Assembly: GCF_021054785.1 (NCBI RefSeq)
Contig: NZ_CP088239.1
Location: 1,860,001 to 1,892,000, forward strand
From: Tannockella kyphosi
Lineage (GTDB): Bacteria > Bacillota_I > Bacilli_A > Erysipelotrichales > Coprobacillaceae
Reading direction: 5' to 3'
Length of the DNA stretch: 32,000 bases
Shown: positions 1 to 8,180 of the stretch, in pieces
How the letters are laid out: each line of letters starts with the position of its first letter
Numbering within the stretch: the first letter of the stretch is position 1
Made by a program: the position numbers and the translations under genes
Notes under the pieces: model-generated
Told to the model about the DNA's origin: nothing
What the model saw: the letters and a program-made list of their open reading frames with translations, nothing else
Databases searched by the model: none

Positions 1-937
1 TTTGTTGGAATATTCCATAAATAAGCAAAGGTATAACAAAACATGCTTGTACAAATATCCGTTTCAAACTACTTTTTATCGTAAACTTTTGAATGAACGA
101 CTCTACTCTTTGCATTTCAAAACTATCATCATTTTGATCATTAACTAACCAATTCCCATGTAATTTACTAAAAACGATTGCCATCATAAAAATAAGTGCT
201 AAAAATAAAATAGTCGTAGATACTAAATATCCTATATTTTCATTTAGTACTACTAACTCACTAGGTACCATTAATGTCATTGTTCCTGCTACCATAAAAC
301 TTAAAAAGATAGATAAGATGATTTTCATTTTTAATGATTGTAATTCTTTTTGATAACGATAGGTTCTACTAACCCATTTATGAATATCATCTAATAATAC
401 ATCAATTGCATATTGGTACTTCCCTCCATTCTTTTCAACTGACAAAAAGAAAGAATGCATTGCTTGTACCCTTGAACTAGGAAATGAGGATTCAATATGT
501 AGAAAAGCATCTTGATAACCTAATCCACTAACATCTTCTTCAATAATAAGAATTGCTTCTCTTATTATATTTTGAATCGATGGATCAATTAGTTCTTCTA
601 CTGTTCTTAGGCAATCTAATATTTTAGGTGTCTTTTTAAATGCAAAAATCATTTGTTCCAAGTAGCCTACTACATATTCAAATCTTTTATTTTGATAGAG
701 AAATCGAAACTGTGCTATAACAATAAAAGGAAACGAAATAACTGTTCCTAATAAAATGACAAGATGACATTCCCAAGTTAATTTAAAACACATTGCAATA
801 AGAGCTATTATTAAATAAAAGACGAATAATTGAATGATAAATTTCTTAAATGAATATTCATAACCATATCCTTTGATTGTTGTTTTAAAATGTTCAAAGC
901 TAAAAAATTTCCATTTATTCAATAACTTTATTTTCAT
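1..937 (-). CDS. TadB/TadC-like (GspF/T2SS-F type) pilus platform membrane protein, 3' end beyond window
   Basis: Absent from the ORF track because it runs off the window edge. The minus frame is open from ATG 937-935 to position 1, more than 312 codons (MKIKLLNKWKFFSFEHFKTTIKGYGYEYSFKKFIIQLFVFYLIIALIAMCF...). GGAGGGAG lies 5 nt upstream of the ATG, and the ORF overlaps the ATPase 3' end by 23 nt. Architecture is two TM helices, a soluble helical segment of about 110 aa, then two more TM helices. The gene sits directly after the secretion ATPase. Confidence 0.6.
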   Translation of the reverse strand, partial: MKIKLLNKWKFFSFEHFKTTIKGYGYEYSFKKFIIQLFVFYLIIALIAMCFKLTWECHLVILLGTVISFPFIVIAQFRFLYQNKRFEYVVGYLEQMIFAFKKTPKILDCLRTVEELIDPSIQNIIREAILIIEEDVSGLGYQDAFLHIESSFPSSRVQAMHSFFLSVEKNGGKYQYAIDVLLDDIHKWVSRTYRYQKELQSLKMKIILSIFLSFMVAGTMTLMVPSELVVLNENIGYLVSTTILFLALIFMMAIVFSKLHGNWLVNDQNDDSFEMQRVESFIQKFTIKSSLKRIFVQACFVIPLLIYGIFQQ

Positions 938-1955
938 TTTTTCTCCCTCCTTTATATAAAGGATTTTCTACTTTGTTTTCTTTAAATTTACGAACAAAAC
1001 TTATTGGTATTTTTCTAGTCAAAAACTTTCCATCACGATAAAGCATCACTACTTTATTCTCCCCTTGTTCTCGATCAAACAAACATACTTCATAAATTTG
1101 ACGAACAGTACTATTATTCTCTTGTGTTCTTCTAACTAAAACACCAATATGGAAAAAAGAATAAATCGTATTTTCCATATCTTCTCCTTGTTTACCTAAC
1201 ATATTCATAATTCTTTCCGGTATATTTTGAGCTGTATCTACATGAATGGTTGTAATACAACCAGTTCCTGTAGAACTGCTTTCTAATAAATATTGTACTT
1301 CCCTACTTCTTGCTTCACTTAATAAAATCCAGTCTGGTCTTTGCCTTAGTGATGTTTTTATGGCTGCACTATATGTGAAATCTTCATCCACCTTAAATTC
1401 AACACAGTCATGACCAGGATTAATGCTTGCATATCGTAATTCTAGATTATCTTCTATCGTTATCACTCTTTGTGTGGAGGAAATAAATTGGGTTAAATAT
1501 TTTACGTATTCTGTTTTCCCACTACCAGGGATCCCACAAACAATAACCGACATCCTAGACTTTATGCATGCTTGCATAAAGTCATCTAGTTCTTTTGTAC
1601 AATAACCATTTTGAATACTTTCTTTTGTTATTTTACGAACTGGCGGAGTCTTTCGTATTGAAATAGAATAACCAGTATTTGTCACGGAGTCATGAACTAC
1701 CGATATTCTTAGTCTATCTGTTTCTGCTTCTAAAAGAGGATAATATTTATTAAAATTCTCATTTACAAGATTGGATAGTTTTTGACAGAATACAGATACA
1801 AATGTTTCATTTAATTTATCATCGACACTGTATCGACCACATTCATCATCTATCCACAAATGATGCCCATTCCAGTTAATATCAGTAATACCTTCATCTT
1901 CAATATAAGGCAACAGATCTCCGTAATCCTCTTTTCTCAAATGTAGGTACTTCAT
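915..1955 (-). CDS. CpaF/TadA/VirB11-family secretion ATPase (T2SS-E type)
   Basis: 346 aa. Walker A is CGIPGSGKTE. The Walker B/Asp region is DWILLSEARSREV. The His-box-like motif is GCITTIHVD, matching the GxxTTIHA pattern of CpaF/PilT-like ATPases. The start codon lies 2 nt after the stop of the mini-pilin ORF. Confidence 0.8.
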   Translation of the reverse strand: MKYLHLRKEDYGDLLPYIEDEGITDINWNGHHLWIDDECGRYSVDDKLNETFVSVFCQKLSNLVNENFNKYYPLLEAETDRLRISVVHDSVTNTGYSISIRKTPPVRKITKESIQNGYCTKELDDFMQACIKSRMSVIVCGIPGSGKTEYVKYLTQFISSTQRVITIEDNLELRYASINPGHDCVEFKVDEDFTYSAAIKTSLRQRPDWILLSEARSREVQYLLESSSTGTGCITTIHVDTAQNIPERIMNMLGKQGEDMENTIYSFFHIGVLVRRTQENNSTVRQIYEVCLFDREQGENKVVMLYRDGKFLTRKIPISFVRKFKENKVENPLYKGGRKNENKVIE

Positions 1956-1957
1956 TT

Positions 1958-2131
1958 TTACTCGCCGTCTGAAACTTCTATATCTGTTGTTACTTCAGTG
2001 AAGAAATTATCAATAATATCTCCATAATATCCTTCTATTGGTTCTTTAAATGCACCGACAATACTTATCAATATTACAATAACTAATACTACTACACATG
2101 TTGAACCATATTCTTCTATAAATGCTTTCAT
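1958..2131 (-). CDS. Flp1-like mini-pilin (57 aa), below the ORF-track size cutoff
   Basis: Hand translation: MKAFIEEYGSTCVVVLVIVILISIVGAFKEPIEGYYGDIIDNFFTEVTTDIEVSDGE. The RBS is GGAGAAAGAA immediately upstream of the ATG. A short charged leader ends in EEYG, followed by an 18-aa hydrophobic helix ending in FK, as in Firmicute Flp-like pilins (leader ..KEEDG, helix, ..FK). It lies between the anchored 126-aa protein and the ATPase. Confidence 0.55.
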   Translation of the reverse strand: MKAFIEEYGSTCVVVLVIVILISIVGAFKEPIEGYYGDIIDNFFTEVTTDIEVSDGE

Positions 2132-2149
2132 TTCTTTCTCCTTGACGTT

Positions 2150-2530
2150 CTACGTCTCTTTTATATCATCTATAATCATTGTTTGTTTGGAATTAACGGT
2201 ACCCGTTTTCCCATCAATGTATTGAAAATACATTGTTACTTCTATCGATAATAATCCTTTTTCATAATCCACTCCATAAATAACAAACTCTACTTCACTA
2301 TCTGAATTTATTTGTATAAAGAAGTTTCTAGCAAACTCACTAATTAATTCTTCATTAGATTCAATGGGGTAACGTTGATCATCTAATACTTTTAAAGTTT
2401 GTTGGATGGCAGTAGTAAGTGCTAAGTCTACTTCATTTTGGTGATTGCTTTTGATATGAATGGTGCTTAAAAATAAAATAGTAATGATTGTAATAATCAT
2501 CATGCAAAATCCCTGGATACATGTTTTCAT
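2150..2530 (-). CDS. small N-terminally membrane-anchored protein of the pilus operon (pseudopilin/TadE-like role possible, family not recognised)
   Basis: 126 aa with a single N-terminal TM helix (GFCMMIITIITILFLSTI) followed by a beta-rich soluble domain. RBS is GGGAGA. The start lies 1 nt after the stop of the upstream 631-aa gene. Confidence 0.6.
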   Translation of the reverse strand: MKTCIQGFCMMIITIITILFLSTIHIKSNHQNEVDLALTTAIQQTLKVLDDQRYPIESNEELISEFARNFFIQINSDSEVEFVIYGVDYEKGLLSIEVTMYFQYIDGKTGTVNSKQTMIIDDIKET

Positions 2531-2531
2531 A

Positions 2532-4427
2532 TTATTCTCCCATAAAATTTTCTACAAAATATTGATTAGTATTAGACGAGGGGGCTGTCTGTAGTACCCA
2601 TTCTTTTATATCTTGTACAGATTGACTATTATAATAATATGTTTTGTAACTAGACTCTTCTAACGTTTCTTCTAATAAGTCAAAGTATTCCTTATTTTGC
2701 CATATTGATTCTTCTTCTAAAGAATCAATATAATCTTCACTTATAAAACGTATAAAGGATGTTTGCTTTATTTCACTGCTATCTTGATAAATATAAATTG
2801 TATCTGTTTGTTCTACTACTTTTTGATAACTATCGCATACTTGATAAACTACTTCTATTGTTTTGGTTGCTCCATCTTCTAGTACCGTATTAATGGTTGT
2901 TGGATTTTCTACCACCGTTCCATCGTCATAGATTACTTTAGTAACTATGATACTGTCACTAATATCACCATCTTCCTTATCATATGCTTTTATTTTTTCT
3001 AGCACATCTTCTATCGTTACATCCCATGAGGATAAAAACCATCTTTCCATACTTTCAATTTCAGGTTCTTGATTTACAAGTATCTTTAAGTAATAATATG
3101 TTTTTGACATTCCTAAATCTTGTACTGATAAAATCGCATTATAAATACCGGCACTCATAAATTCGTTTTGGGAATCAAAGGAACTAAGTGTTATTTTGTT
3201 GGTAATATCACCATCTTCATTATCATATGCTTCAAAAAAGTCAGTAATATTTATTTCATCTCCTAATTGAACAACAAAATAGATATCATCTAAAAATGGT
3301 GCTATTTGACTGGTGGTTACATACTCTTCATCCATAATTGGACCGGTTATTACAGGGGATGTATTTTTCCACATAGCATACAAATAAGCATTCGAATTGG
3401 CACTATACGTACTTCCAGGTAAGTATTTTGTTCCGGTCCCATAATAGTTGGTATTCCAACTATCAAACAAATAACCTACTTTTGTTGGTTCAATCAAAGA
3501 AATAGTTTCATCTATTCCATACCACTTCTTTTGAAAGCTTGGAGCTCCTGAACCACCAGTTGCACTATATTGAATATAATAACTATCTCTACTTACATTT
3601 ATCGTTAAGGGATCACCATAATACTTTAAAAAAGTATCACATATCCATCCTGTAGTCCCTGATGCACTTGCAACTACTCGATACCTTGAATCACTATATC
3701 CTTCTTCTTTATACTTAATTTCATACCAATATACTTTATTATCCACATCATAATATGTCTCACCTGTCATCGTACCATTTGCAACAGAATAAATATCTCC
3801 TGGTGTATAGTATAAATCTGCTCCATCTTCATTTGTTGCTATTGCACCTGTTTTAGAAGGCTCTTCTCTAACAAAGAGTCTCGTTTGATCTGTATATAAC
3901 ATTGTATTTATTTGTGTTGTACTAAACTCTATAGTATACCCATCATTATTAATCGAACTCAATGGTGCCATATAGGAAATATCAATCGTTGCATAGGATC
4001 TATTTTGATGTAGAATTTGAAGTGTTAAATGATACTCTTCATCGGTAGTACTCGTAATATCACTCATTGCAACTTCGAAATGAAAACCTACATCTTGATA
4101 ATAACTATACGTATCATTTAATGCTCGATTAAGTTCTGTATGATCAATATAATAATCTAACTTATCTTGATACGTAACACCATTTACTATTAGCTCATAG
4201 TTATGCATATTAGACGATACCCCTTTGGTTGTATAATCAAAAGCATCATTATTTTCATAAGCATATCCATATACATGCATAGTTCCATCTACTATCTCCA
4301 TCAAATTAATCCGATAAGTAAGATCATTTCCATCACTCGTATATCCTCCACCAGCCTGTACATGTAGGATATTCATAGACCAAAACAACCCAAATACCAT
4401 TACTGCAAACAATAGTTTCCTCTTCAT
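2532..4427 (-). CDS. secreted multidomain surface protein (SH3b-like, Listeria-Bacteroides repeat, two DUF5011-type Ig-like domains)
   Basis: 631 aa. The signal peptide is MKRKLLFAVMVFGLFWSMNILHVQA/GG. An SH3b-like segment reads LFVREEPSKTG...GWICDTFLKYY. An Flg_new-type repeat reads GYLFDSWNTNYYGTGTKYLPGSTY...AYLYAMWK. Two Ig-like modules carry the D-x-EDGDI(T/S) signature (AYDNEDGDITNKITL and AYDKEDGDISDSIIV). There is no LPXTG. RBS is AAGGAGGAAGGAGA. Confidence 0.8.
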   Translation of the reverse strand: MKRKLLFAVMVFGLFWSMNILHVQAGGGYTSDGNDLTYRINLMEIVDGTMHVYGYAYENNDAFDYTTKGVSSNMHNYELIVNGVTYQDKLDYYIDHTELNRALNDTYSYYQDVGFHFEVAMSDITSTTDEEYHLTLQILHQNRSYATIDISYMAPLSSINNDGYTIEFSTTQINTMLYTDQTRLFVREEPSKTGAIATNEDGADLYYTPGDIYSVANGTMTGETYYDVDNKVYWYEIKYKEEGYSDSRYRVVASASGTTGWICDTFLKYYGDPLTINVSRDSYYIQYSATGGSGAPSFQKKWYGIDETISLIEPTKVGYLFDSWNTNYYGTGTKYLPGSTYSANSNAYLYAMWKNTSPVITGPIMDEEYVTTSQIAPFLDDIYFVVQLGDEINITDFFEAYDNEDGDITNKITLSSFDSQNEFMSAGIYNAILSVQDLGMSKTYYYLKILVNQEPEIESMERWFLSSWDVTIEDVLEKIKAYDKEDGDISDSIIVTKVIYDDGTVVENPTTINTVLEDGATKTIEVVYQVCDSYQKVVEQTDTIYIYQDSSEIKQTSFIRFISEDYIDSLEEESIWQNKEYFDLLEETLEESSYKTYYYNSQSVQDIKEWVLQTAPSSNTNQYFVENFMGE

Positions 4428-4480
4428 TATCTCCTTCCTCCTTTTCCAACCAACGATAATAACGTAGTCTATTGTTGTTC

Positions 4481-4510
4481 ATTCGATTATTTTCTCAAAA
4501 ATAATCGAAT
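4481..4510. repeat. perfect 13-bp inverted repeat with 4-nt spacer upstream of the pilus operon
   Basis: ATTCGATTATTTT (4481-4493), spacer ctca, AAAATAATCGAAT (4498-4510). It lies 54-83 nt upstream of ATG 4427. No U-tract follows it on the minus strand, so it is not a terminator. Confidence 0.6.
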
Positions 4511-4571
4511 ACAACTATTATCTACGTCATTAAGATATACGTAAGTTAAATAAGAATTACTTTTTAAAAAT

Positions 4572-4597
4572 AAAAAAAAGATAATCTTTCGATTACC
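4572..4597 (-). terminator. intrinsic terminator after ilvA
   Basis: Minus strand: GGUAAUC-GAAA-GAUUAUC (7 bp including one G.U) followed by U8. It starts right after the ilvA stop codon. Confidence 0.7.
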
Positions 4598-5800
4598 TTA
4601 GTTAATTCTTTCAATTTTATATCCTAAATCAATAAACTCTTGTAAGATAGCATCAATATGTGCATTTCCATTTGTTTCTACTGTTACACGTAATTCCACT
4701 TCTGAAAAACGAGCAAAGTTTTTAAACTGATTATGATCTACACCAATAACATTCGCGCTTAGTTTCGCAAGTATTTGTGAAACTAATTGAAGTTGCCCTG
4801 GTTTATCTGGTAATTGAATAGAGAATGTGAAAATTCTTCCTCTAGCAATTAATCCTTTATTAATCATAGAAGAAATAGTCATCACATCAATATTCCCTCC
4901 ACTAATAACAGATACTACTTTTTTATTTCTTTCTTCTATCTTTTTCAATCCTGCTAAAGATAAAATACCAGAACCTTCTGCTACTAATTTATGTTTTTCT
5001 ACTAACATTAAAAAAGCATCCATTAAATCATAATCACTAACTGTTACTACTTCATCTACATATTGTTTAATATATTCAAAAGTACTAGCACCTATTTGAC
5101 GAACAGCAGTCCCGTCAGCAATCGTATTCACTTCTTCTAATAAAACTACTTGGTCTTCTGCAATTGCTGCAGCAGCACTAGCAGCACCTTCTGGTTCTAC
5201 ACCAATTATTTTTATGTTTGGATTTATATTTTTAGCTGCACAAGCAATCCCTGAAATAAGTCCTCCTCCACCAATTGGTACTAAAATAACATCTACATCT
5301 GGTAACTCTTCTAATATTTCTAAAGAGATTGTTCCTTGTCCTTCAATAACATCCTCATCATCAAAAGGATGTACATAAGTATATCCATATTCTTCTTGTA
5401 AAAAAACCGCATGTTTGGCAGCATCATCATAAACCTCTCCATGCAATACTACATTTGCACCATGACTTTTAGTTGCCTCAATCTTAATCAAAGGTGTATG
5501 ACTAGGCATAACAATAGTCGATTGAACACCTAACTTTTTAGCTGCATACGCTACTCCCTGCGCATGATTCCCAGCCGAAGAAGCAATTAATCCTTTTTGC
5601 TTTGCTTGATCATCTAACTTAACTATTTTATTATAAGCACCACGTAATTTAAATGCCCCTGTTTTTTGTAAGTTTTCTGGTTTAATATATACATCATTTC
5701 CACTTTCTAATGAAAAAGCTTCACTATGTATTAATTTTGTTTCCTCTATTACTTCATCTACCCTCTTTTTTGCAGCTTGAAAATCTTGTAATTCCAACAA
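4598..5800 (-). CDS. ilvA: threonine ammonia-lyase (threonine dehydratase) with C-terminal ACT-like domain
   Basis: 400 aa. The PLP-lysine motif is NLQKTGAFKLRGAYNK. Also present are SAGNHAQGVAYAA and a GGGGL loop, with a C-terminal regulatory domain of about 80 aa. TTG start with GGAGGGG 6 nt upstream. Confidence 0.9.
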   Translation of the reverse strand: MLELQDFQAAKKRVDEVIEETKLIHSEAFSLESGNDVYIKPENLQKTGAFKLRGAYNKIVKLDDQAKQKGLIASSAGNHAQGVAYAAKKLGVQSTIVMPSHTPLIKIEATKSHGANVVLHGEVYDDAAKHAVFLQEEYGYTYVHPFDDEDVIEGQGTISLEILEELPDVDVILVPIGGGGLISGIACAAKNINPNIKIIGVEPEGAASAAAAIAEDQVVLLEEVNTIADGTAVRQIGASTFEYIKQYVDEVVTVSDYDLMDAFLMLVEKHKLVAEGSGILSLAGLKKIEERNKKVVSVISGGNIDVMTISSMINKGLIARGRIFTFSIQLPDKPGQLQLVSQILAKLSANVIGVDHNQFKNFARFSEVELRVTVETNGNAHIDAILQEFIDLGYKIERIN

Positions 5801-5833
5801 AACAATCCCCTCCTTATTTTATACAAGTATAGC

Positions 5834-5865
5834 ATAAAAAAATATTGATTTACATCAATATTTTT
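5834..5865 (-). terminator. intrinsic terminator after the DUF4250 gene
   Basis: Minus strand: AAUAUUGAU-GUAA-AUCAAUAUU followed by a U-run. It overlaps the stop codon. Confidence 0.65.
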
Positions 5866-6046
5866 AGGATTTCTTTTTTATTTGTTTTTGTTTATGATCA
5901 TACTCATAATTATTAAGTTCTAATTTATTCATTATTACTTGATAGTCTTCATCATATACTTCAACAATTGTTTCTAAAGACATGTCATCATCACGTAGCT
6001 TTGTATTTAGTATACTTACTAACATTGCAATATCTTTTGGTAACAT
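5864..6046 (-). CDS. DUF4250 domain-containing protein
   Basis: 60 aa. MLPKDIAMLVSILNTKLRDDDMSLETIVEVYDEDYQVIMNKLELNNYEYD matches the DUF4250 pattern (..P.ML.S..NT.LRD....L.........). The start overlaps the Cof stop codon. Confidence 0.75.
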   Translation of the reverse strand: MLPKDIAMLVSILNTKLRDDDMSLETIVEVYDEDYQVIMNKLELNNYEYDHKQKQIKKKS

Positions 6047-6864
6047 TATATTTCACCCTTTTCTTGTAACATTTTTAAACAATGATAAATACCTTCTTCA
6101 TCATTACTAGTAGTAATATAATTTGCTTTCTCTTTTACTTCCTCTACTGCATTTTCCATAGCCACACCAAATCCAGCAAATTCAATCATACTAAGATCAT
6201 TATACCCATCTCCAAAAGAAATTAACTCTTCTTTTGTAATACCCATCTCTTTCATCAATGCATCAAGAGAAGCACCTTTATCAATCCCTTCTGCCATTAC
6301 TTCAATAAAGAATGGTGCAGAACGATAAATACTCAATACCCCTTGATAAGGAGCTTTGAATTCATCAATAATACTAGCTACATAACTAGGTTCCCCTGTT
6401 AACAATACTTTATTACGACTAGTATCTACTACCTTCTTAAAATCATCAATATGACAAATAGACATTCTTGTTATTTCACTTTCATAAAGAACATATTCAT
6501 CTTCTCCATCTTCACTAAGAATATTCGTATCATTATAACTAAGTGCACATAAATGATATTCTCTAGCACGATCAAATATTTCATCAATCAACTCTTTTTT
6601 CACCACTTTATCATATACACACTCCCCACTCATAAACTCTTGTACATTCGCACCATTATAAGATAATAAATATCCCCCATACTTATCCATCCCCAATTCT
6701 TTTGCTTCTGCCATTAAACCAGGAGTTGGTCTTCCAGATGCTAAAATAATTTTCACACCCTTACTTGCAAGCTCTATTAACATCTCTTTTGTTTTTGGTA
6801 AGATTTCTTTTTTATTCGATAGTAATGTTCCATCAATATCCAATGCAATCGCTTTATACTTCAT
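6046..6864 (-). CDS. Cof-type HAD-IIB family hydrolase (sugar phosphatase)
   Basis: 272 aa. HAD motif I is IALDIDGTLL, motif II is ASGRP, and motif IV is GDGYNDLSM. Confidence 0.9.
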   Translation of the reverse strand: MKYKAIALDIDGTLLSNKKEILPKTKEMLIELASKGVKIILASGRPTPGLMAEAKELGMDKYGGYLLSYNGANVQEFMSGECVYDKVVKKELIDEIFDRAREYHLCALSYNDTNILSEDGEDEYVLYESEITRMSICHIDDFKKVVDTSRNKVLLTGEPSYVASIIDEFKAPYQGVLSIYRSAPFFIEVMAEGIDKGASLDALMKEMGITKEELISFGDGYNDLSMIEFAGFGVAMENAVEEVKEKANYITTSNDEEGIYHCLKMLQEKGEI

Positions 6865-6868
6865 CTCT

Positions 6869-7297
6869 TTATCTCCCTAATTTCATTTCTATTAATTTTA
6901 TAAGTAAATCTGTATCTTTTTTCGTTCTTTTTGAATAATGGGTAGAATATCCTTTTTTTCTCTCTTTTTGTCCAATATGACGTTGCATCAAATACATATC
7001 AATATTATCATTTGTCACTTCAAATCCTCTAGGATTAATCACATCACTCCCCTTTGCTAGAACCAAAGCAGATAAACCATAATCTTGTGTTATTACTAAA
7101 TCACCCTTTTGACATTCTTTTACAATCGCTAAATCAACTGCATCATTACCTGGATGAATCCCTACAACCTCACTATATTCATCCTCTATCTCATGATTAT
7201 AATCACAATAAATAATCACTGGAACTTCTTGTTTCCTTGCTACCTGTACTATTTCCTTACGATCAGGACAAGCATCCCCATCAATTATAACTTTCAT
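6869..7297 (-). CDS. YaiI/YqxD family protein (UPF0178/DUF188)
   Basis: 142 aa. It has the N-terminal MKVIIDGDACP hallmark and DxxI...D.VIT.D typical of the family. Confidence 0.85.
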   Translation of the reverse strand: MKVIIDGDACPDRKEIVQVARKQEVPVIIYCDYNHEIEDEYSEVVGIHPGNDAVDLAIVKECQKGDLVITQDYGLSALVLAKGSDVINPRGFEVTNDNIDMYLMQRHIGQKERKKGYSTHYSKRTKKDTDLLIKLIEMKLGR

Positions 7298-8076
7298 TAT
7301 TCCACCACTATCTTTCTAGATCTTTGTACATTATTCCCTTGAGAATTAGTAACAGCATAAATCACTTCATAAAAACCAGCTTGTGATGTATCAACATCAT
7401 TTTTTATAATCACAATTTCACCAGTAATATCATTTCCTAATCCATCACTTGCACTAACTCCTGCTAATGGATCAAAATAACTTCCTATTTCAATAGTCAC
7501 TGTATCAACACCACTAAATGAAGGAATATTGTTATTATCACCAACATTTATTTTGATACGTAACGTTGTAGAAGAATTATTAGAAGCATCTCTTACAACA
7601 ATACTTTCAATATAAGTACCCTCTTCTAAATATGTTTTTGATTCTATATATTCTTGTCCCTCTAAAAAATAAACAGTATAATCCATTGACTCATCACTTA
7701 CAACTACCAAATCACTAGCAATCAATGTTGCTCCAGTAGCAACATTGACTTGTACAGACAATAAGCTTGCAGTTGGGTTGGTAGTATCTATCACTTGAAT
7801 AGTAAAAGGATATTCTTTCCCTAAATAAATAATAGTGCAATTATAAGTACCTACTTCATTCATCACAGCACTAAGATTCAGTTCCGCATCTTCTTTTACT
7901 TGATCACTAGCAATAATATAATCACCAATATTTGTAGATATTTCTGACTTTCCATATTCATATACAAATGTATCTTTTTTTAGTTGAATCTCCTCAATAT
8001 TTGTAGTTAATAAGAGTAACGAACAGCTACAAACAATAAAAAAAGTACTTATACACATAATAATTTTATTTTTCAT
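7297..8076 (-). CDS. exported protein with DUF5011-type Ig-like domains
   Basis: The ORF track starts at 8100, but that ATG lies inside the -10 box. The second ATG (8076) has AAGGGGG 8 nt upstream and gives 259 aa. The N-terminal hydrophobic signal/anchor is MKNKIIMCISTFFIVCSCSLLLL. The C-terminal module is ASDGLGNDITGEIVI...GFYEVIYAVTNSQGN, the same Ig-like signature seen in the 631-aa protein. Confidence 0.7.
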   Translation of the reverse strand: MKNKIIMCISTFFIVCSCSLLLLTTNIEEIQLKKDTFVYEYGKSEISTNIGDYIIASDQVKEDAELNLSAVMNEVGTYNCTIIYLGKEYPFTIQVIDTTNPTASLLSVQVNVATGATLIASDLVVVSDESMDYTVYFLEGQEYIESKTYLEEGTYIESIVVRDASNNSSTTLRIKINVGDNNNIPSFSGVDTVTIEIGSYFDPLAGVSASDGLGNDITGEIVIIKNDVDTSQAGFYEVIYAVTNSQGNNVQRSRKIVVE

Positions 8077-8098
8077 GCTATCGCCCCCTTTAGGTTTC

Positions 8099-8107
8099 AT
8101 TATAGCA
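8099..8107 (-). promoter_or_regulatory. extended -10 promoter (TGcTATAAT) for the Ig-like/yaiI/cof/DUF4250 operon
   Basis: Minus strand reads TGCTATAAT, about 25 nt upstream of ATG 8076 and downstream of the gltX terminator. Confidence 0.45.
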
Positions 8108-8157
8108 TATTTTTTAAAAGTACCATACTTTTAAGTATTAAAAATTGCATTTCATAT

Positions 8158-8179
8158 GAAAAAAGTAGGTTTCCCTACT
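8158..8179 (-). terminator. intrinsic terminator after gltX
   Basis: Minus strand: AGUAGG-GAAA-CCUACU followed by U6. Confidence 0.7.
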
Positions 8180-8180
8180 T

